DNA of 32,159 nucleotides from a virus (Duplodnaviria > Caudoviricetes): IMG/VR virus record IMGVR_UViG_3300032225_000350, positions 1 to 32,159 of that record; one strand, given 5' to 3'. Under the pieces are notes generated by a model that was given only the letters and a program-made list of their open reading frames with translations, was not told where the DNA came from and did not search any database. Below, in pieces: positions 7,964 through 15,803 of the stretch (positions are counted from its first letter, which is position 1; every line of letters starts with the position of its first letter). The position numbers and the translations under genes were made by a program.

Positions 7964-7972
7964 GTGTCAAAA

Positions 7973-8125
7973 TTATAAAATCTTTTTCAAATTAAAAAAT
8001 ATCCATCCTTTTTTTTCATATTTTTTACGATAATATTCTACTTCTTCAAGTGTATGTAAACACCATGTTACACTTTCTTTGCCTTTATTCAGCACCAATT
8101 GATAGGATGTTTTTACATTGTGCAT
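7973..8125 (-). CDS. 50-aa hypothetical protein (MHNVKTSYQLVLNKGKESVTWCL...), not in the ORF track
   Basis: Open frame filling the gap between two larger genes. Confidence 0.55.
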   Translation of the reverse strand: MHNVKTSYQLVLNKGKESVTWCLHTLEEVEYYRKKYEKKGWIFFNLKKIL

Positions 8126-8540
8126 AATAGTTTGATTCAATTTTATAGTTACAATCCAAAAAATTCTGATAAGTATGTATAGAATGAATTACCGTGCTAT
8201 GGTCTTTGTTTAAAAACTTTGCAATACTGGTCAAAGTAAAATTATAATGCACATTTGCCATAAAACAAAATAATTGCCGTGCCGTGCTTATAGGTCGTTT
8301 TCTGTTTTGAGCTAAAATGTCGTGAGGGATAACATCAGTTGAACTACACACCGCTTCCAAAATAGTTACCAAATTCAAATCTATCTTTTCTTTCTGTATT
8401 GGTTTAGTAAGTAAATGTTTTAAGCGGGTTATTTCTTGTTCATACTTCGCCATAATGGTTGTATGCTTTTTTAATAAATTCGTGTGCTTTTTACGATATG
8501 TTAAGTATCTTTCAAAGTAATCTGTTTCTTCTGTGTTCAT
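8085..8540 (-). CDS. Coiled-coil plus DnaA domain IV-like HTH protein
   Basis: RKRPISTARQ...TLTSIAKFLNKDHSTVIHSI matches the DnaA C-terminal signature (RDHTTV-like). Confidence 0.8.
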   Translation of the reverse strand: MNTEETDYFERYLTYRKKHTNLLKKHTTIMAKYEQEITRLKHLLTKPIQKEKIDLNLVTILEAVCSSTDVIPHDILAQNRKRPISTARQLFCFMANVHYNFTLTSIAKFLNKDHSTVIHSIHTYQNFLDCNYKIESNYYAQCKNILSIGAE

Positions 8541-8541
8541 A

Positions 8542-9312
8542 TTAAAATAATCTTTGTTGAATGCGATTTAATACTTTTTCGTTTGCTAGTTTAAAAAAAT
8601 CTTTTTTAATCTCAAACCCAAAAGATTTTCTATTTCTTTGTGCTGCTGCTAACAAAGTTGATCCCGAACCCGCACACGGATCTATAACAACATCGCCTTC
8701 GTCTGTAAAAATTTCAATCAAATGTTCTAATAATTTTACAGGTTTTTGTGTTGGGTGTACTTTTTCTGTTTCATTATCTCGAACCCAGTCCATACAATTA
8801 AAAATCATTTTACCATTGTTGTTAAATTTGGGCAGTTTATCACGGTATAGCAAAATAGCATATTCGCAATTACCAACTACCTTCATATTGGCTTTTAAAA
8901 CCTGAGCGGAAAAGTTTTTGCGAAATACTAAATTTATGCTTTTTACTAATCCGTATTTTTTTGCTTTTTCCATTAATTCAAATTGTTGTTCAAATGCGCA
9001 AAAAACAATCATGCAAGAAGCTTCCCCATTTTCTTTTGGTTCAGGTCGCATCATTGTACTACAAAAATGTAAAAATTCCGAAATTCTGAAATCTTTGTCG
9101 GTATCAAAAAATTCTTTATTTGCCAAATTACTTTCCCCATTTTTATTATCCCCATCAACATACCATGCAGGATTTGAGGCATAAGCATTGTTTCCTAAAT
9201 TGTATGGAATATCCGCAATGATTAATTGAGCTTTTGGAACATTGTAACGTTTATAATTTTGAAAGTGATCGTTGTAAAGTTCTGGCCTGTGTATTTTGTT
9301 TTGTTGTTTCAT
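8542..9312 (-). CDS. DNA N6-adenine/N4-cytosine methyltransferase (beta class)
   Basis: DIPY (DPPY variant), HPTQKP and DPCAGSGST motifs. Confidence 0.92.
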   Translation of the reverse strand: MKQQNKIHRPELYNDHFQNYKRYNVPKAQLIIADIPYNLGNNAYASNPAWYVDGDNKNGESNLANKEFFDTDKDFRISEFLHFCSTMMRPEPKENGEASCMIVFCAFEQQFELMEKAKKYGLVKSINLVFRKNFSAQVLKANMKVVGNCEYAILLYRDKLPKFNNNGKMIFNCMDWVRDNETEKVHPTQKPVKLLEHLIEIFTDEGDVVIDPCAGSGSTLLAAAQRNRKSFGFEIKKDFFKLANEKVLNRIQQRLF

Positions 9313-9328
9313 ATCTTTTATTGTTATG

Positions 9329-9358
9329 CAAATATAATATACTTTTTCAATATTGCAA
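9329..9358 (-). promoter_or_regulatory. Early promoter TTG-N19-TATATTTG
   Basis: Bacteroidetes consensus; near-duplicate of 13156-13188. Confidence 0.75.
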
Positions 9359-9365
9359 CTTTATT

Positions 9366-10592
9366 TTATATTCTTTCTGTATATTTTGTGTACTTGCCTT
9401 CAAATGTAACTGGTATTGTTACTGTGCTGCCGTGTCTATTTTTTGAGATAATTAATTCAGCATCGCTTTCAACATCCATTTGTTCTTGTTCGTAGTATTG
9501 TGGTCTAAATGGGAACATCACGACATCCGCATCTTGTTCAATAGATCCACTTTCACGTAAGTCCGAGAGCATCGGTCTTTTGTCCGCACGTTGCTCACTA
9601 TTTCTATTTAACTGAGCCAAACAAATAACTGTGATACCTAATTCTTTTGCAATGATTTTTAAGTTTCGTGAAATTTCTGCAATCTCTTGTTCACGATTTT
9701 GCTTAGTCCCTTTTACTAACTGCAAATAATCTATGATTAAAATGTTTAAGCCGTGCTTTGCTTTGTGTAGTTGTGCTTTTGCCCGTATGTCGTTTATGCT
9801 GCTCTTTGCATCATCATCAACATAGAAATCAGTAGTAAGTTGGTATAAGCTATTTGCTATATGTTCGTGTTCGTTTACCTTTAAATTTCCACTCCTAATT
9901 TTAAAGTTTTCAATATTTGCAAAATAACTAATATAACGCTTTGCAAGTTCTTCACTACTCATTTCAAGTGACATAAATAAAACCTTTGCTACTTGTGATG
10001 CACCAATAGTTAAGGACAATGCAATTGCAGTTTTTCCACTTCCCGGGCGACCTGCAATGATAATTAAATTGCCTTTATTCCAACCACCAATATACTTGTC
10101 TAACATTTGCCACCCCGTTGTAAGTCCCATCAACTTATTACCACGTTTCATTTGTTCTTCAAGGTCATCAATTACCTTACCGGTTACTTTTGACATTGGC
10201 AATGGTTCACGTTCTAATGTTATCTGTGCTTCGGTAGTAATTAAACTCAAATCTTTTAGTATCAAATCTAATTCTTTGTGAACGTCTAAATTTGCGATTT
10301 GTTGGATTAACTTATTTTTTTTGTATATTATATCTAATTCAAATATATAATGCTTTAAATTAGTGCTATGTGCGTAAGAATTAGTAAACTGAGACAGTTC
10401 AAATGCTTTCCCTTTAAATTTACGTGATAAATTCAGTAAATCGATGGGTTGATTGTTTAAATAACATATCTGCATAAACTCAATTATTTCTGCATTCCAA
10501 CCTTCAAACCATTTGTGATTAATTTTAGGTAAAAATACGTGTGTGTTTTTGTCCATCAAAAACGTTCCGATAATATAATGTTCTCTATTCAT
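9366..10592 (-). CDS. dnaB: Replicative DNA helicase, DnaB family
   Basis: Motifs GRPGSGKT, SLEMS, IDYLQL, QLNR and LRESGSIEQDAD. Confidence 0.96.
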   Translation of the reverse strand: MNREHYIIGTFLMDKNTHVFLPKINHKWFEGWNAEIIEFMQICYLNNQPIDLLNLSRKFKGKAFELSQFTNSYAHSTNLKHYIFELDIIYKKNKLIQQIANLDVHKELDLILKDLSLITTEAQITLEREPLPMSKVTGKVIDDLEEQMKRGNKLMGLTTGWQMLDKYIGGWNKGNLIIIAGRPGSGKTAIALSLTIGASQVAKVLFMSLEMSSEELAKRYISYFANIENFKIRSGNLKVNEHEHIANSLYQLTTDFYVDDDAKSSINDIRAKAQLHKAKHGLNILIIDYLQLVKGTKQNREQEIAEISRNLKIIAKELGITVICLAQLNRNSEQRADKRPMLSDLRESGSIEQDADVVMFPFRPQYYEQEQMDVESDAELIISKNRHGSTVTIPVTFEGKYTKYTERI

Positions 10593-11238
10593 CTTGTAAT
10601 GTTGCTAATTTAGGTCTATTTGGTTTAACTTGTGTTTGTTTATTGTAATCTTTACTATTCCAATTTCTTGCTGTTGCTTTCCAATCTTTTACTGCTGTCT
10701 TACCTCTCATCCATCCTACACTTTCATAATAGTCATAAAAGTTTTGTGCATTCATTTCTGGAAATTCTTTTTTAATATCTTCAATTGTGGGTTTAATAAA
10801 TACTTTATTATTCTTTTTTTCTTCTTTTTCTTCTTCTTCTTCTATTGGTGTCGTTTGATGTTTGTTTGTGTTTCGTTTGCGTTTCACTGGCGTTTCGTTT
10901 GCGTTTCCTTCACCCTGATAAGTTTCATACTTACAAACAGTTAACCGTGTCGTTATGTTGTCGCTTTCCAATACAATCATTGAATCACTTTGTAACGCAT
11001 TCATAAAACGTCTAACCTTTGATTTATCCCAATTCCAACGCTTACCCCAACTTTCAAGTGATAGTATGCTTTGACCTCTTTTAATGTCGTACAACTTGCC
11101 TTTTATCATTGATTTTGCATCAGTAAAATTGACCATAAGTAAAATGTCGTGCCAGGCTTCAAACTTACTAAATGTTCTTTTTTCGGTATAAAGCCAATGG
11201 TCTTTTATTGACCTATGAATTTTTATCCAGCCACACAT
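10585..11238 (-). CDS. Phage replication initiator / replisome organizer
   Basis: N-terminal GWIKIHRS wHTH-type domain, C-terminal FYDYYESVGW...DWKATARNW, position upstream of the helicase, and internal iterons. Confidence 0.8.
   Translation of the reverse strand: MCGWIKIHRSIKDHWLYTEKRTFSKFEAWHDILLMVNFTDAKSMIKGKLYDIKRGQSILSLESWGKRWNWDKSKVRRFMNALQSDSMIVLESDNITTRLTVCKYETYQGEGNANETPVKRKRNTNKHQTTPIEEEEEKEEKKNNKVFIKPTIEDIKKEFPEMNAQNFYDYYESVGWMRGKTAVKDWKATARNWNSKDYNKQTQVKPNRPKLATLQDE
10805..10907. repeat. Putative replication origin: iterons plus a purine/AT-rich tract
   Basis: GTTTCGTTTGCGTTTC at 10870-10885 and 10892-10907 (22-bp period), a degenerate copy near 10848, and an adjacent T/C-rich tract. 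Confidence 0.65.
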
Positions 11239-11240
11239 AA

Positions 11241-11909
11241 TTAATTTGTAATTAAAATTTTGTTATGTTCATTGATAATATCTAATAAAGTATCATTATC
11301 AAAATCAAACCATTCTCCAAATATTCTATATTTTGAATACTTTAAATGTAATTTACTTTCAATATCATTATTAAATGATGCTATTAAAACCATATTTGTT
11401 TTAAATTCAGAATTTAAAGATAGAATTCTTTGAGTAATATTTTTACTTCTACCTATTTTGATAAAATTATTTTCAGGATTTTGTATTAAATATGTTTTAT
11501 ATTCAGTATAATTATTATTGTATTTACTATTTGGCAATAACATATAATCAATCCAATTAGTAATTTCAATTTTTGGCATATTGTTAAATTTACCATCTAC
11601 TAAATCCTTTATAAAAATTGCACTATTATGTGAATCATTATTCATACATAAAGCTAATTGAATTTTAGGATGCATATAAATTTTTTTATTATTTCCACGT
11701 CCAATTACTTCATATAATTTTAGTGATTTTAAAACTATTAAAATGCTATTTGTTTCACATTTTTGAAAAAATTCAAAATAGTCTGGTTCACCTATTTCAT
11801 TATAAATAATAAAATAAATTCTTTCTGTGTACATTTTTTTTCTGTACAAATCGTTTAAATCAAAGTTATCTAAATAACTGAATAGTGGTTCTAAGTTTTT
11901 TTTCTGCAT
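11241..11909 (-). CDS. T5orf172/GIY-YIG-like domain protein with a possible KilA-N-like N-terminus
   Basis: YLIQ...IKIGRSKN...R...ESKLH...RIFGEWF; YMHPKI resembles KilA-N; very AT-rich. Confidence 0.75.
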   Translation of the reverse strand: MQKKNLEPLFSYLDNFDLNDLYRKKMYTERIYFIIYNEIGEPDYFEFFQKCETNSILIVLKSLKLYEVIGRGNNKKIYMHPKIQLALCMNNDSHNSAIFIKDLVDGKFNNMPKIEITNWIDYMLLPNSKYNNNYTEYKTYLIQNPENNFIKIGRSKNITQRILSLNSEFKTNMVLIASFNNDIESKLHLKYSKYRIFGEWFDFDNDTLLDIINEHNKILITN

Positions 11910-12005
11910 AAAAAAAGCCCAACCAAAATAGTGCAGTTCAGGTGCGACTATTTTAATTGAGCCAATATCTTTTAAGTAATCGGAATCCTGAACATTCCAC
12001 TTAAC
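11910..12005 (-). ncRNA. Structured leader RNA / attenuator with complementary loops
   Basis: Two hairpins with loops GUUCAGG and CCUGAAC. The second is followed by U7, and a promoter lies immediately upstream. Confidence 0.7.
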
Positions 12006-12009
12006 AATA

Positions 12010-12041
12010 CAAATATAATCAATTTATTTTTCAAAAACAAA
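12010..12041 (-). promoter_or_regulatory. Early promoter TTTG-N20-TATATTTG
   Basis: Bacteroidetes -33/-7 consensus. Confidence 0.75.
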
Positions 12042-12233
12042 CTTGTATTGATTTGATTTTTCACTGAGTATTTTTTCGTAGTCAATGGTTTGAATCATCG
12101 CTTGTTGTTTTTTCTCTATCTCTAAATACTTATGGCAAGTGTCAATAAATTTACGACCAGCGGTTGTATGGATATTAAATAAATGAGGATGTGTATTATT
12201 TAATTCGTTCATCATTTTTTGTATAACTGTCAT
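12024..12233 (-). CDS. Hypothetical protein
   Basis: 69-aa ORF with ATGA coupling. Confidence 0.65.
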   Translation of the reverse strand: MTVIQKMMNELNNTHPHLFNIHTTAGRKFIDTCHKYLEIEKKQQAMIQTIDYEKILSEKSNQYKFVFEK

Positions 12234-12496
12234 TTGTTACCTCCGTATGTTTCGATTTCTTTCTTTACTTCTTGCCAATATTGAAGATATGAAGGTGTCA
12301 TAACATAACATTCTTCATCGATTAGCATATCTGTTTTTATTATTTCATTAACTGCAATTAATGCACACTCTTTTGCTTCAGATAAATTTAACATTGTGCA
12401 TGGAATATCACAAAATGGCATATCACAATTTTTACAATTAAATGAAGCATTTACATATTTATCAATTAATTCGTCTGCTTTTTCTTTCGGTTTCAT
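12230..12496 (-). CDS. Hypothetical protein (KEKADEL...AKECALIAV...YWQEVK), flanked by 25-bp direct repeats
   Basis: 88-aa ORF with ATGA coupling at both ends. Confidence 0.75.
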   Translation of the reverse strand: MKPKEKADELIDKYVNASFNCKNCDMPFCDIPCTMLNLSEAKECALIAVNEIIKTDMLIDEECYVMTPSYLQYWQEVKKEIETYGGNK

Positions 12497-12517
12497 TTGT
12501 TACCTCCGTATGTTTCG
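12230..12517. repeat. 25-bp direct repeat TCATTTGTTACCTCCGTATGTTTCG at 12230-12254 and 12493-12517
   Basis: Exact match; encodes ETYGGNK-stop, a GGAGGT sequence and the next ATG. Confidence 0.9.
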
Positions 12518-12720
12518 TTGTACACATCTATTGGTTTCATGATTTTATCAGACCTTAATAAGTTTTTCCAAACTAATTCACCAAATTCAATCATTTTTTG
12601 CTTCTCCATTTCTTTGGCTTGTTTGTATCCATTAAATTGATGCTCAATAAAACTTTGAGTGCTTTCAGGAATCATAGACCATAATAAATCTACTGCCGTT
12701 TGTTGTTTTTCGTTGCTCAT
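12493..12720 (-). CDS. Hypothetical protein, QTAVD...AKEMEK family
   Basis: Paralog of the C-terminal module of 6958..7476. Confidence 0.75.
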   Translation of the reverse strand: MSNEKQQTAVDLLWSMIPESTQSFIEHQFNGYKQAKEMEKQKMIEFGELVWKNLLRSDKIMKPIDVYNETYGGNK

Positions 12721-12950
12721 ACCAATTCCCCCTTCATTTTGCCTTTGTACATTTTCTTCAACTCTTTGTTTGCCATTTTACCTACTTGGTTAAGTTTGTC
12801 CCATTTAGGCACATCGTTAACTTCGGGCAAAGGTTTACTTTCTACTTCTTTATATTCTTGTAAAGTTTGGTGCGCTACAATAACGCACCACCCACAAAAT
12901 ATTAAAATACTACCTACTCCTATAACTGCCAGTGCATCCCAAATTAACAT
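12717..12950 (-). CDS. Small membrane-anchored protein
   Basis: N-terminal hydrophobic helix. Confidence 0.7.
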   Translation of the reverse strand: MLIWDALAVIGVGSILIFCGWCVIVAHQTLQEYKEVESKPLPEVNDVPKWDKLNQVGKMANKELKKMYKGKMKGELV

Positions 12951-13138
12951 ATTTCAACTAAGTTAAAAAGTCCAACATAAGTAAACGAATCACATTCACC
13001 CAAAATCGCATCAGTTCCATAATGCTTGTATTTAGTTTTGATACTGCCCACAGTTGCATCTGCAACCTTTGATACTACCCATTCAAATGCTTCTTGCATT
13101 GAAAAAAATCGCTGAATAATTATTGTTTTCTTTTTCAT
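12944..13138 (-). CDS. Hypothetical protein
   Basis: First gene after the promoter at 13156. Confidence 0.65.
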   Translation of the reverse strand: MKKKTIIIQRFFSMQEAFEWVVSKVADATVGSIKTKYKHYGTDAILGECDSFTYVGLFNLVEIC

Positions 13139-13155
13139 ATTTTTTAATTGTTTAG

Positions 13156-13188
13156 CAAATATAATAATATTCTTTTTAATATTGCAAA
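13156..13188 (-). promoter_or_regulatory. Early promoter TTTG-N21-TATATTTG
   Basis: Bacteroidetes consensus. Confidence 0.75.
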
Positions 13189-13194
13189 TTTATT

Positions 13195-13833
13195 TTATAA
13201 AAGTTTGACAATTGACTGCAATAATTCATTCGCATAATATAGCTTTTCGTCTATGATCTCTTTCACATCTTCAAGTTTTATGTGTGCAATAAATAAATTA
13301 TGTGTACTTGGCATTCGTTTATCGTAACTTACAAAGTAACCAAACTCACAAGCACTTGCAATCATACCAAGTTGCATCTGCCAATAGTATTCGGGGTGTA
13401 TTTTTAGCAAATCTTGAGCACATTTGATGCTGCGATTCTTTAAATGTATGCCACTATTAAACGGATTCTTTATTTCAATGATACAATTACTACCAAGTGC
13501 ATCAGGACTATAACCCGAATAATCACCATAAGGAATAAACGTGTACGTTTCACCGCCATAATAAGTATAAAAGTCATCTTGGTTATGTTGGAATACTTCG
13601 AATGCTTCTTTCTCGTTTTCCGTTCCCCACGTCAATGCTTCACCCCAAATTGGCTTTTTAATACCAGTTAGTAGTTCACTTGCTTTGTCATACACAAATG
13701 TTTTTGCAGTTTCCGAAAAGTATTCCGATTTGTTTCTCGGAGCACCCATTAGCTTGTGAATGTCTGATGCAGTAAATCTACCTTCACGGACTTTTAGCCA
13801 TTCGCTTTCGTTGTGTGTGATTGTAATTTCCAT
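13195..13833 (-). CDS. YqaJ/lambda-type exonuclease
   Basis: Motifs WLKVREGRFTAS, WGTENE, SPDA, EIKNP and YYWQMQ. Confidence 0.92.
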   Translation of the reverse strand: MEITITHNESEWLKVREGRFTASDIHKLMGAPRNKSEYFSETAKTFVYDKASELLTGIKKPIWGEALTWGTENEKEAFEVFQHNQDDFYTYYGGETYTFIPYGDYSGYSPDALGSNCIIEIKNPFNSGIHLKNRSIKCAQDLLKIHPEYYWQMQLGMIASACEFGYFVSYDKRMPSTHNLFIAHIKLEDVKEIIDEKLYYANELLQSIVKLL

Positions 13834-14207
13834 TATGGTTCGTTGGTTATTTCAATTGTTTTGATATATTTGAATCCCTCGTATTTACTTATTACAGCTT
13901 CTTCTTTGGATTCACTTCTTGCATCACCGATAACAAGCGTATCACCATAATCATAAACATTTACCCAACGTGATTTTTTTTCACCTGCCATAAATAAATC
14001 CCATGATGATTCTTTTGTTGGATTGTAAATTCCTTTTGTAGTCCAATATAACACATCATTAACACCTTCTATTGTACCGTATAATGGTTGTATAAGAATT
14101 TCATTTTTGAATAAATGTAATTCTGTTACTTTTTTACCGTTGCGTGTTACTACTGGTTCACCAGCCAAAGCACGTTCTAAATTAAATTTTTTCATATTAT
14201 TTTCCAA
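13833..14207 (-). CDS. Hypothetical protein (FNLERALAGEPVVTRNG); may start at ATG 14195
   Basis: ORF inserted between erf and the exonuclease. Confidence 0.7.
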   Translation of the reverse strand: MENNMKKFNLERALAGEPVVTRNGKKVTELHLFKNEILIQPLYGTIEGVNDVLYWTTKGIYNPTKESSWDLFMAGEKKSRWVNVYDYGDTLVIGDARSESKEEAVISKYEGFKYIKTIEITNEP

Positions 14208-14224
14208 TAGTTTAAATTAATATT

Positions 14225-14758
14225 TCATTTTGCTGCTATCAGCAATTTTTTGTTTTCAGCACTAATCGTATACTTGCGTTCAATATCTTCCATAAGTCCA
14301 CCCGTTTGCAAGTGTTCCTTTGCCTTATTCCAATTGCTATGTTTAGGCGTTAAGTCTTCTTTTGCAACTTGTTTAGATTGTGATACATTACCAGTCGCTG
14401 CATTGCCGTCATCGTCATCGTCTATGTTTAAATTCAATATAGATGAAATTGAATATCTACGTGCATAACTTACCCCACTACCAAGTTGTTGTGGGTTGGT
14501 TGCATCTTTACACAAAATATCGTAAACACTTTCTATTGTTTGACCGGTATCAATGTGAATCAATTTTGTAACAACACAATTATTCATAACTGGTTGTATA
14601 ATCAATAAACCATTCTTTTTAAGAATAGGTGTAATGATACTTAAAATGTGTGGTAATGTCGCATACTTTGAACCTTTGAAAAAAGGATTAGATGCGTCTT
14701 TGCTAATTTTCGGACATTCTGCCTGAAAATTGCTTACTGAATTAAATAGTTCTTTCAT
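14225..14758 (-). CDS. erf: ERF-family ssDNA-annealing recombinase
   Basis: Motifs NPFFKGSKYATL and QQLGSGVSYARRYSI...DDDDGN. Confidence 0.9.
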   Translation of the reverse strand: MKELFNSVSNFQAECPKISKDASNPFFKGSKYATLPHILSIITPILKKNGLLIIQPVMNNCVVTKLIHIDTGQTIESVYDILCKDATNPQQLGSGVSYARRYSISSILNLNIDDDDDGNAATGNVSQSKQVAKEDLTPKHSNWNKAKEHLQTGGLMEDIERKYTISAENKKLLIAAK

Positions 14759-15060
14759 AGTTTATTTTCGGTTATTAATTTGTCAATAGCATTACACAAA
14801 GAATATTGTGCAAAATCGGTCATCAACTCCCAGTTTATATCTGCATATCTTAACCCATCTTCGTCTTGTTCCCAATGCCTAAATTCTTCAATTAAATCTT
14901 CTTCGTTTTCAATGAGTAAACTTTTTACAATTTCTTCATCAAACTCATTATCGTTAACCCCATCAAAAAAATGCAATTTACCTTCAAAAAAATTTGCACT
15001 CATTTTAAGCCGTTGTAAGCGTGTTATAGCATTATCCATAACATTAATTATTGCCTTCAT
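14755..15060 (-). CDS. Acidic hypothetical protein
   Basis: 101-aa ORF overlapping its neighbours. Confidence 0.7.
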   Translation of the reverse strand: MKAIINVMDNAITRLQRLKMSANFFEGKLHFFDGVNDNEFDEEIVKSLLIENEEDLIEEFRHWEQDEDGLRYADINWELMTDFAQYSLCNAIDKLITENKL

Positions 15061-15232
15061 TGATAATGTCGATTGCGGTGTTTAAAATGATTAATACCTT
15101 AGGTTGTATAACATCCCCGTTTAGGTATTTACGAACTGTTGGCATTGATATGCCAGTACGAGCAGCGACTTTAGACACAATGCCGTGCTTCTTGTGTAGT
15201 TTGATTTGTTTTAAAATTTCTTGTATATCCAT
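15044..15232 (-). CDS. Cro-like HTH DNA-binding protein, 62 aa, probably leaderless
   Basis: HTH VSKVAARTGISMPTVRKYLNG; the ATG lies 4 nt after the -7 element. Confidence 0.8.
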   Translation of the reverse strand: MDIQEILKQIKLHKKHGIVSKVAARTGISMPTVRKYLNGDVIQPKVLIILNTAIDIINEGNN

Positions 15233-15236
15233 AGCA

Positions 15237-15267
15237 CAAATATACAAATAGTTTTCAATATAACAAA
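15237..15267 (-). promoter_or_regulatory. Early promoter TTTG-N19-TATATTTG
   Basis: Consensus match at the head of the early operon. Confidence 0.75.
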
Positions 15268-15284
15268 TAATTTTACAAAATAAT

Positions 15285-15803
15285 TTACTTAAATAGATTT
15301 TCTGCTACGTAATCAGCGATTGATTGACTTAATTTGTCAAATCGTGGTTGTTTTAAAGTTGTAGAAATAAAGGGTTGTTTACGTGTACCACGTCTTTGAA
15401 TTTTCTTTGCAATTGCATCAGCAACAAATAAAGCAAATGAACTATTTGTTCCTTTGGTAAAAACATCTGTAAATGCTCCGTGTCTGCGCTTTTCTTTCAT
15501 CCATTGTAGAATGACTTTTGAAGTAACTTTTACACCAGGCTTTTGCCCGTCTTCAACATCAATCCAATAATCGTTCATCATAATGGTTAATTTTTCACCT
15601 TTTAAATTAGGTGTTAAAATTAATTCCATATTTGCAGAAAGAGAACCACTTGCATTTGTTTTATTGGTTCTTAACTTGGTGCGTAAATCAAAGATTAGTT
15701 TGTTACCCCAATCAGCCATTATACGGTTTACACCGTCTGACTTTAAATATTCGCTGACATTTTGAACACCAAGTCCTTTGAGAAAATCAGGTTCTTTAGC
15801 CAT
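15285..15803 (-). CDS. Putative tail completion/neck protein (HK97 gp10-like)
   Basis: ASGSLSAN, YWIDVEDG and IQRRGTRKQPFI patterns. Confidence 0.55.
   Translation of the reverse strand: MAKEPDFLKGLGVQNVSEYLKSDGVNRIMADWGNKLIFDLRTKLRTNKTNASGSLSANMELILTPNLKGEKLTIMMNDYWIDVEDGQKPGVKVTSKVILQWMKEKRRHGAFTDVFTKGTNSSFALFVADAIAKKIQRRGTRKQPFISTTLKQPRFDKLSQSIADYVAENLFK

Noticed and set aside
8542-9312. Methyltransferase as part of a restriction-modification system
   Set aside because: There is no adjacent endonuclease, and orphan methyltransferases are common in phages.
12230-12517. Direct repeats as a CRISPR array or att sites
   Set aside because: Only two copies, 263 bp apart and coding, with no cas or integrase gene.
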